A stretch of 64,000 bases of DNA. Source: a bacterium (GTDB taxonomy: Bacteria; Patescibacteriota; Minisyncoccia; Phycocordibacterales; UBA2100). Under the pieces are notes generated by a model. It had not been told where the DNA came from. It saw only the letters and a list, made by a program, of their open reading frames with translations, and ran no database searches. Within the stretch, counting starts at the first letter, position 1. Each line of letters opens with the position of its first letter. Location: NCBI GenBank assembly GCA_030647655.1, contig JAUSJH010000009.1, forward strand, positions 18,196-82,195, read 5' to 3'. A program made the translations under genes and the position numbers. This document shows, in pieces, positions 57,599 to 64,000 of the stretch.

Positions 57599-58393
57599 TC
57601 ACAGTAACTCTTGTGCAATCTTGCCCCACTTTTCAAGGGGCACATCTTCAGCGCGTGCTTTTTCACCCATGCCGGAGAGGGCGAGTGCTGCACGTGCCTC
57701 CTCTTTTCCGAATACAGCGGCAAGATTATTCGCAAGAAACTTTCGTTTCGATGCGAACCCCGCCCGTACCACCTTGAAAAACACCTTTTCGCTTACATTT
57801 AAGAAAAATACTTTTGATATATTGTCGACGAGCAGTATTGCGGAATCGACCGAGGGTGGCGGAGAAAAGTTGCCCCGCGACACTTTTGCGACGACCTTTG
57901 GCGTGCCATACGCTTTGACAGAAAGTGAAAGAATACTTTCTTTGCCGTTTCGAGCGATGATGCGCTCGGCGACCTCTTTTTGCACGAGAAGTGCCATCGC
58001 GCGCGGCTGCACCTTGGCTTCGAGAAACTGCCTGATTATTTCTCCTGTAATGTAGTACGGAATGTTCGCGGCCACGACATATTTTTTCAAACCCAACGTT
58101 TCCGCCGTGACGTCACGAATGTCTTCGAGAACGACTTTCAGCTTACCCGCGCGTATTTTTTCGGAAAATGTCCTTTGTAGTTGCTCGACGAGCTTCTCGT
58201 CTTTCTCGATCGCGACAACGTTCGATCCCGTCGCCAGGAGCTCCTTGGTGAGCGCGCCCTTTCCCGGGCCTATCTCAAGAATCTTTTCATCTGGCTGCAC
58301 ACAGACGGCTTCCGAGAGTTTTCGCGCGGCCCAGGGCCCCGTCAAAAAGTGCTGCCCGAGCCGCACCCCTTTCTTTTTTCTAGCGGATTTCAT
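57599..58393 (-). CDS. rsmA: 16S rRNA (adenine1518/1519-N6)-dimethyltransferase RsmA/KsgA
   Basis: LGQHFL, ILEIGPGKGALT (SAM motif I), NIPYYIT. Confidence 0.85.
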   Translation of the reverse strand: MKSARKKKGVRLGQHFLTGPWAARKLSEAVCVQPDEKILEIGPGKGALTKELLATGSNVVAIEKDEKLVEQLQRTFSEKIRAGKLKVVLEDIRDVTAETLGLKKYVVAANIPYYITGEIIRQFLEAKVQPRAMALLVQKEVAERIIARNGKESILSLSVKAYGTPKVVAKVSRGNFSPPPSVDSAILLVDNISKVFFLNVSEKVFFKVVRAGFASKRKFLANNLAAVFGKEEARAALALSGMGEKARAEDVPLEKWGKIAQELL

Positions 58394-60344
58394 AGAAGTC
58401 ATCGAGAAGTCCGCTTTTTTTCTGCGCGGGCGTGCTCGTCACGTCGGCGAGTAGCCGCGCGTCAATGTCGGATAGAAATTCAGAAGGAAGCGCACGTTCG
58501 CGTGTGCCATATTTTGAGCGCTCACAGGCATAGCTCAAGAATAAATATTTGCGCGCCCGCGTGAGCGCGACATAGAAAAGTCGGCGCTCTTCTTCCGGAT
58601 CGAGCGCTTCCTCATTGCGTATCGAAGGAAAGAGTCCTTGCTCGAGACCGACCACAAAGACCGCGTCAAATTCTAATCCTTTCGCGGCATGTACTGTCAT
58701 GAGCGATATCGCACCTTTGTCGCGATTCATATCGAGCTCATCTTGCTCGCTCTGCAGAGCCGCTTCTTCCAAAAGCCGCTCGATACCGAGAGGCGGCTCG
58801 TCGCTCTCGTATTTTGAGGCGAGATTCGCAAGCTCGCGCACGTTGCCGAGGTGCTCCGCATCTTCCTCGGTATTCCCTCCATACATTTTTTGTATCCCGC
58901 TCGCTTCAATACAGAAGCGTACAGCCTCTGATGTGGGCAATGTATTCAGCGCGTGCCTAATTACCGCCAGTGTTTCTTTGAAGGCCGCAACTTTTGTGCT
59001 CGTTGCTCCGAGCGGTTGCCCCGAGAGCATTTTATCGAGCGTCACCTTCCCAATACCGCGTGGCGGCACTCCGACAATGCGCACAAAATCGCTCTTAGCT
59101 TTCGGATTAAGCGCCACGCGCAGATACGAAAGAACATCTTTCACCTCTTTTCGCTCGAAGAATCGAGTGCCCAAGACACGGTACGGAAGTCCTGCATGCA
59201 AAAGAGCCTCTTCTAGTACGCGCGATTGTGCATTTTCGCGATAGAGCACCGCGATCTCATGCGCAGGCACGCCCTTGTCGATAAGGGTAGCGGCTTGTTC
59301 TACGACGAACCACGCTTCGTACCGCTCATCAAGAGCTCCATACATGGTAATCGGGTCTCCAGTTTCATTTTCGCTGAAGAGTGTCTTAGGAATTCTGTTC
59401 GTATTTTTCTCGATGACCGCATTTGCAGCGGCGACAATCGTGCGTGTGGAGCGATAATTTTGCTCGAGCCGCACGACCTTCACTTTAGGGAACACGCGCT
59501 CGAAGGAAAGCAAATTTCCGATCTCCGCTTGTCGCCACGTATAGATACATTGATCCAAATCTCCTACAACGCACATATTGCCACGCTCGCCGCAGAGAAG
59601 TTTCATAAGCTCGTACTGCACACCGCTCGTATCTTGGTACTCATCGACGATGAGGTAGCGCCACCGATTTTGCAAAAGCGAGAGTATTTTCGGGGACTCG
59701 CGCACGAGTGTAAGCGTGCGCACCAAGAGATCATCGAAGTCTAGGCTATCTTCCGCTTTGAGCGCCTGCTCGTAGCGCTCCCATACTTGTGCCACCATTC
59801 TTTCGCGGCGGGTCGATGCGCGCTCACCATACTCTTCGAGCGATTTACCTCCGCCTTTCTCGCGCGAGATGGCCCCGAGTATTTGTCGCGGTGTCCACTC
59901 CTCGGTATCGAGCCGCTTGAGCTCGGATTTCACGGTCCGCAGGCTATCATCGCGGTCCCAGATGCTAAAACTGCGAGAAATGCCAGCTTCCTTATGGAAC
60001 TCGCGCAAGAGCCGCACGCCAAGCGAGTGGAAAGTGGCGACGAGCGGTGTCCCCTGAGCTTGTCGAAGGGCGTTACCAAGCAATTTCTGCACTCTTTCGC
60101 GCATTTCCCCCGCGGCCTTATTCGTAAACGTGACCGCAAGTATTGACGAGGCCGGAACACCTTCTTCTATTAGGTGCGCGATGCGGTGCACGATAGTTTT
60201 CGTCTTGCCGGCTCCAGCTCCAGCCACTATCAAAAGCGGGCCATCGATGTGTAAAACAGCAGCTTTTTGTCGGTCGTTCAAGCCTTTGAGATACGAAACC
60301 TCGCTAGAAACCATAAAATCTTGGGGGAAAGGTAAGAGTGTCAT
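58380..60344 (-). CDS. UvrD/PcrA-family ATP-dependent DNA helicase
   Basis: SF1 motifs: I GAGAGKTKT, Ia, II DEYQDT, III, IV, V, VI (VALTRAR). Confidence 0.85.
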   Translation of the reverse strand: MTLLPFPQDFMVSSEVSYLKGLNDRQKAAVLHIDGPLLIVAGAGAGKTKTIVHRIAHLIEEGVPASSILAVTFTNKAAGEMRERVQKLLGNALRQAQGTPLVATFHSLGVRLLREFHKEAGISRSFSIWDRDDSLRTVKSELKRLDTEEWTPRQILGAISREKGGGKSLEEYGERASTRRERMVAQVWERYEQALKAEDSLDFDDLLVRTLTLVRESPKILSLLQNRWRYLIVDEYQDTSGVQYELMKLLCGERGNMCVVGDLDQCIYTWRQAEIGNLLSFERVFPKVKVVRLEQNYRSTRTIVAAANAVIEKNTNRIPKTLFSENETGDPITMYGALDERYEAWFVVEQAATLIDKGVPAHEIAVLYRENAQSRVLEEALLHAGLPYRVLGTRFFERKEVKDVLSYLRVALNPKAKSDFVRIVGVPPRGIGKVTLDKMLSGQPLGATSTKVAAFKETLAVIRHALNTLPTSEAVRFCIEASGIQKMYGGNTEEDAEHLGNVRELANLASKYESDEPPLGIERLLEEAALQSEQDELDMNRDKGAISLMTVHAAKGLEFDAVFVVGLEQGLFPSIRNEEALDPEEERRLFYVALTRARKYLFLSYACERSKYGTRERALPSEFLSDIDARLLADVTSTPAQKKSGLLDDFYEIR

Positions 60345-60750
60345 TCGGAGAGTTGAAACGAGAAGATTCTGGTGGGAACATGCGCGGACTATAGCACGTG
60401 ACGGCGCCCCTGTTTAGAGAATGGCTTGAAATAAGACTATAAATGGCTGCTAACACGTTATCCACCGTTGTTATCGAATATGAATTGACTGTGAACCCCT
60501 GTAAAGGTAGAGTGGACCGAGCGGCACCAACTGACCTTCCGGCTCATCTTAAAAGAGTGAGATTTAGAGCCAAATTTCCAGACATCCGCACGTGCCGTGG
60601 CTCAAATTAGGCTTATTATCTAGCGCAGCGAGGGAAGACAAGAGGCTTGCTTCTGTATGTACCTTGCCAGCGATGATGAAAAGCCGATGAAATCGGCTTA
60701 TATCAGAGAAACAAAGTGATCCTCGCGCGGATTTTGCAATTCCGCGAGCG

Positions 60751-61788
60751 GTGAAATATCGATCGTTAAAATCCGTTCGCTCGGCGGCCACTCTCATATC
60801 CCTCCTTCTCGTACTTGGAACACTCATGCCGGTGGCCGCTCGGGCAAGCGTTTTGAGCGACTTTGTGGCTTCTGTCATGCGAAATCCGGAGAAGCAGACC
60901 AACTCTGTTTCTGGCGGAGGCAATGTTCAGACAATGCCGCTACCCAAGCCCGCGATGAATGCTGACCCGATGGCCGGCAAGGGCGGTGGCGACATCAAGA
61001 TTGTTGACGACAGCGCGCTCGTTCCCGATGAGGGACCTTCCGGGACGCCCGTCGAATATGAAAGACCGAAGAACTCCAAGATCAGTCTCTACGTTGTGCG
61101 CGAAGGAGACGCGCTCTCTTCGATAGGGAAACTTTTCGGCGTCTCGCCCAATACCATCCTCTGGGCGAACGATTTGCCACGAGGGTCTGTCATACAAGTG
61201 GGTCAGGAGCTCACCATCCTTCCCGTCACGGGGGTCAAACACACAGTCAAGAAAGGAGACACCCTGGCATCGATTGCCAAGCAATACGGAGGCAATGCGA
61301 ATGAAATTGCGAGTTTTAACGGCCTCGATGGTCCACTTGCTGTCGGAACCAACATCTTGATACCGGATGGTGAGATTGCGGCGGCTCCTGCAACAAAGGT
61401 ATCAGCCGGGATTGCGACTCCGAAAGGCACACCCACACAGATTGGGTACTACCTGCGGCCCATCGTTGGGGGTACGAGGACGCAAGGTATTCACGGATAC
61501 AACGGCGTTGACCTCGCCGCCCCAATAGGCACGCCGATTCTCGCTTCTGCGGATGGCAACGTCATTATCGCGAAAGAGACGGGATGGAACGGTGGTTACG
61601 GAAGCTACATTGTTATCCAACATAACAATGGGACTCAGACGCTCTACAGCCACGCATCCAAGGTCGGTGTCTCTGTAGGTCAACATGTAAATCGAGGCGT
61701 AGTCATCGGAGCGGTAGGGAGGAGCGGTAAGGCGACGGGGCCACACGTTCACTTCGAGATACGTGACGGGATTAAAAATCCGTTCTAA
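60751..61788 (+). CDS. M23 (LytM) metallopeptidase with two LysM domains
   Basis: LysM: YVVREGDALSSIGKLFGVSPNTILWANDL and HTVKKGDTLASIAKQYGGNANEIASFNGL. M23: HGYNGVDLAAPIGTPI…HVHFE. Confidence 0.85.
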   Translation: MKYRSLKSVRSAATLISLLLVLGTLMPVAARASVLSDFVASVMRNPEKQTNSVSGGGNVQTMPLPKPAMNADPMAGKGGGDIKIVDDSALVPDEGPSGTPVEYERPKNSKISLYVVREGDALSSIGKLFGVSPNTILWANDLPRGSVIQVGQELTILPVTGVKHTVKKGDTLASIAKQYGGNANEIASFNGLDGPLAVGTNILIPDGEIAAAPATKVSAGIATPKGTPTQIGYYLRPIVGGTRTQGIHGYNGVDLAAPIGTPILASADGNVIIAKETGWNGGYGSYIVIQHNNGTQTLYSHASKVGVSVGQHVNRGVVIGAVGRSGKATGPHVHFEIRDGIKNPF

Positions 61789-61902
61789 TACATCGCTATG
61801 AACAACCTACTCATAACGCTCAGTTACCTCATCCGTTTCCTTGTGTAGGAACAGCCGATTTTACTTGCGCGAGACGGGAAGAAATGCTACTTTAGGGTAG
61901 CT

Positions 61903-62910
61903 GTGTTAACGATGGATGTCATAGTTGATCTCCAGTATGGAGATTGCGGGAAAGGCAAAGTTGCCCACTATTTAAGCCACAAATACTCCTATACGCACGT
62001 GCTCCGTTACAACGGCGGTTGCAACGCGGGACACACCATTTTCCATAAGGGAAAGAAATTCGTCACCCACCACATTCCGGCGGGCGTTTTTTTTGGCGTG
62101 AAGTCCATCATCGGCTCCGGATGCGTGCTCGACCCCGACCAATTCTTCCGAGAGATAGTTATGCTCGAAAAAGGCGGCGTACGCACAAAAGGAAAGATAT
62201 TCATTGCCGATAATACGCACGTCATCACGGATGCGCACAAGAATGAAGACAAGCAGAAAGGCGGCAAGATAGGTACGACGGGTCGTGGCAACGGCCCCGC
62301 GTATCGCGACAAGTACGGCCGCACGGGCGTCCGCGCGCTTGAGATTCCGAAACTTAGGCCTTACCTAATCAATCTCTACAAGGAATGGTATGAGAATAAA
62401 AAAGATGTGCATATCCTCGCGGAGGGTGCGCAGGGATTCGGTCTCGATATTGATTGGGGCGATTATCCATTCGTTACTTCGAGCCACTGCACAGCAGCCG
62501 GCGCACTTTTGAATGGACTTCCGGCGAGCGCAATTCGTGATGTGTGGGGCGTTGCAAAAATCTATGAGACATACGTCGGCAGTAAGAAATTCCAGCCGAA
62601 AGGTGAAGTGTTCAAAAAAATAGCCGAGCTTGGGGAGGAATTTGGCTCGACAACCGGCCGCCGCCGCCAGACCAATTGGATGAACATGCAAACCCTTGAA
62701 CGTGCTATTCGGATGAACGGAGTCACGCACATTGTCTTCAGCAAGACCGACGTCTTGCGCGCGGTGGGAGAGTGGGCGGTGATAGATAAAAATAAAGTTG
62801 TGTCGTTCAAAAGCGAAAAAGCGATGCAGGATTTCATCCTCAAGCGCCTCAAATCATTCGGTATCGCAAAAAACAAAGTGTATTTTTCGGATAGCAAGGA
62901 GACGATTTGA
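61903..62910 (+). CDS. purA: adenylosuccinate synthetase (short archaeal-type form)
   Basis: QYGDCGKGK P-loop, GTTGRGNGPAY; 335 aa. Confidence 0.75.
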   Translation: MLTMDVIVDLQYGDCGKGKVAHYLSHKYSYTHVLRYNGGCNAGHTIFHKGKKFVTHHIPAGVFFGVKSIIGSGCVLDPDQFFREIVMLEKGGVRTKGKIFIADNTHVITDAHKNEDKQKGGKIGTTGRGNGPAYRDKYGRTGVRALEIPKLRPYLINLYKEWYENKKDVHILAEGAQGFGLDIDWGDYPFVTSSHCTAAGALLNGLPASAIRDVWGVAKIYETYVGSKKFQPKGEVFKKIAELGEEFGSTTGRRRQTNWMNMQTLERAIRMNGVTHIVFSKTDVLRAVGEWAVIDKNKVVSFKSEKAMQDFILKRLKSFGIAKNKVYFSDSKETI

Positions 62911-62928
62911 GGAACTGCTCAGGCCATT

Positions 62929-64000
62929 TCACATCTCTCTGGCTCGATACTGTAATGCCTCCAACATATGTCCCGGTTCTATTGTTTCGTTTTCTGCGAG
63001 GTCGGCGATGGTGCGCGCGAGTTTGATGGTGCGATGATACCCGCGCGGGGAAAGTTTCATCGAGCGAGCGGCGCCTTGGAGCGTTTCCTCCGCTTTCGGC
63101 GTAAGCACCGCGAACGACTCTATCTCTTTTGGCCCCATATCCGAGTTCGTCGAGATCCCTTTCGCCTCTTTGAATCGCTCGCTTTGGCGCGCACGAGCGC
63201 GAGCGATGAGCTCGCGCGCGCGGGCCGTCTCGCCCGAAGCCCGCTTTGCTTTCATCGAGAGTGATTCCGGCGGCATCTCGCCCACAGAAACCCACATGTC
63301 GATGCGATCGGCTATCGGTCCCGAGAGCTTTCTGCGATATTTCTCGACGAGGTGCGGCATACATTTGCACCGCTGAGTGCCCCAAAATCCACAAGGGCAC
63401 GGATTGAGCGCGGCTATGAGCATGAAATTAGCGGGAAATATCACTGAGCCTTTTGCGCGCGCAATAGAGACCACCCGATCTTCAAGTGGCTGGCGTAGCG
63501 CATTGATTACATCACGGTGGAACTCTGGGAATTCATCAGCAAAAAGGACGCCGCGATGCGCGAGCGTTGCCTCGCCGGGGCGAATTCCACTTGAGCCACC
63601 GCCGATGAGCGCTGCATACGATGATGTGTGATGTGGAGCGCGGAAGGGTGGGCGGAACATTGCATTCCCGCGGAGTGTTCCCGCGAGCGAATGAATTGTC
63701 GTCACCTCTATCATCTCTTCTTCGGAAAGATCTGGAAGTATCGAAGCGGCCGCACGGGCAAGCAAAGTTTTTCCTGTGCCGGGAGGGCCATACAGCGCGA
63801 TGTTGTGCCCGCCAGCGGCGGCGATGATGAGCCCGCGCTTGGCGCTTTCCTGCCCGCGGATCTCGTCGAGCGCGGCAATGTCGTCCTCTCGCGCCAACTT
63901 TTGGCGTGCCGGCATATCTCGCGGCTTCGCGTCGGGATTTTGCAATTGCTCAAGCGCGTCCGCGAGGGACGAAACTGGACGCACACACAATTCTGAAATC
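62929..64000 (-). CDS. Mg-chelatase-like AAA+ protein YifB/ComM, partial (N-terminal part beyond window end)
   Basis: Walker A LYGPPGTGKTLLA, Walker B VLFADEFPEF, Cys-rich NPCPCGFWGTQRCKC. The frame stays open past the apparent TTG at 63990 to the window edge. Confidence 0.8.
   Translation of the reverse strand, partial: ISELCVRPVSSLADALEQLQNPDAKPRDMPARQKLAREDDIAALDEIRGQESAKRGLIIAAAGGHNIALYGPPGTGKTLLARAAASILPDLSEEEMIEVTTIHSLAGTLRGNAMFRPPFRAPHHTSSYAALIGGGSSGIRPGEATLAHRGVLFADEFPEFHRDVINALRQPLEDRVVSIARAKGSVIFPANFMLIAALNPCPCGFWGTQRCKCMPHLVEKYRRKLSGPIADRIDMWVSVGEMPPESLSMKAKRASGETARARELIARARARQSERFKEAKGISTNSDMGPKEIESFAVLTPKAEETLQGAARSMKLSPRGYHRTIKLARTIADLAENETIEPGHMLEALQYRAREM

Noticed and set aside
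60345-60750. Possible ydaO (c-di-AMP) riboswitch upstream of the LysM/M23 peptidase
   Set aside because: The context is classic for ydaO, but I could not find the conserved GGGGACCC / CCGAACCCG / CAGCUAACC motifs by eye; only generic hairpins are present.

Overview
This 64 kb window reads as a bacterial chromosome with small, compact genes and mostly 4-nt gene overlaps. Several proteins are archaeal-type short forms (PurA 335 aa, MetE-like 376 aa, YebC 176 aa). There are also many secreted or membrane hypothetical proteins, a type IV pilus ATPase (PilB) and lamin-tail-domain (LTD) and FN3 surface proteins. This is consistent with a reduced-genome, possibly CPR/Patescibacteria-like organism, but that placement is inference only. 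Core housekeeping genes are recognisable: rpsT, ruvA, ruvB, yebC, ruvC, polA, holA-like, gdh, PBP1A, dnaN, dnaA, rpmH, rnpA, yidC, jag, rsmA, uvrD/pcrA, purA and comM/yifB. The replication origin lies at dnaA (41.2-43.0 kb). The most notable accessory content is fourfold. First, a 13-gene minus-strand operon (44.9-57.6 kb) encodes a Gram-positive-style type IV secretion-like apparatus directly abutting the oriC/jag locus. It has a VirB2-like pilin, a PrgI/VirB3-like protein, a VirB4 ATPase split into two ORFs at an A5+stop site, a VirB6-like polytopic protein and many secreted partners, but no relaxase or coupling protein in the window. Second, two tandem paralogous giant secreted Q/P/Cys-rich proteins flank a tRNA whose 3' end is duplicated 195 bp away. 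Third, a toxin-antitoxin islet downstream of rpsT holds a RelE/ParE pair plus a hicBA cassette bracketed by ~60-bp direct repeats derived from the rpsT 3' end. Fourth, an AT-rich single-gene island carrying a GHKL (HATPase_c_3, MORC-like) ATPase and a terminator-delimited noncoding unit is inserted between ruvB and yebC. Five two-component signalling genes (three PAS/HK sensors and two response regulators, one HK with tandem 60-bp repeats and one with a G10 tract), plus a standalone PAS protein and a GH10 xylanase, are also present.
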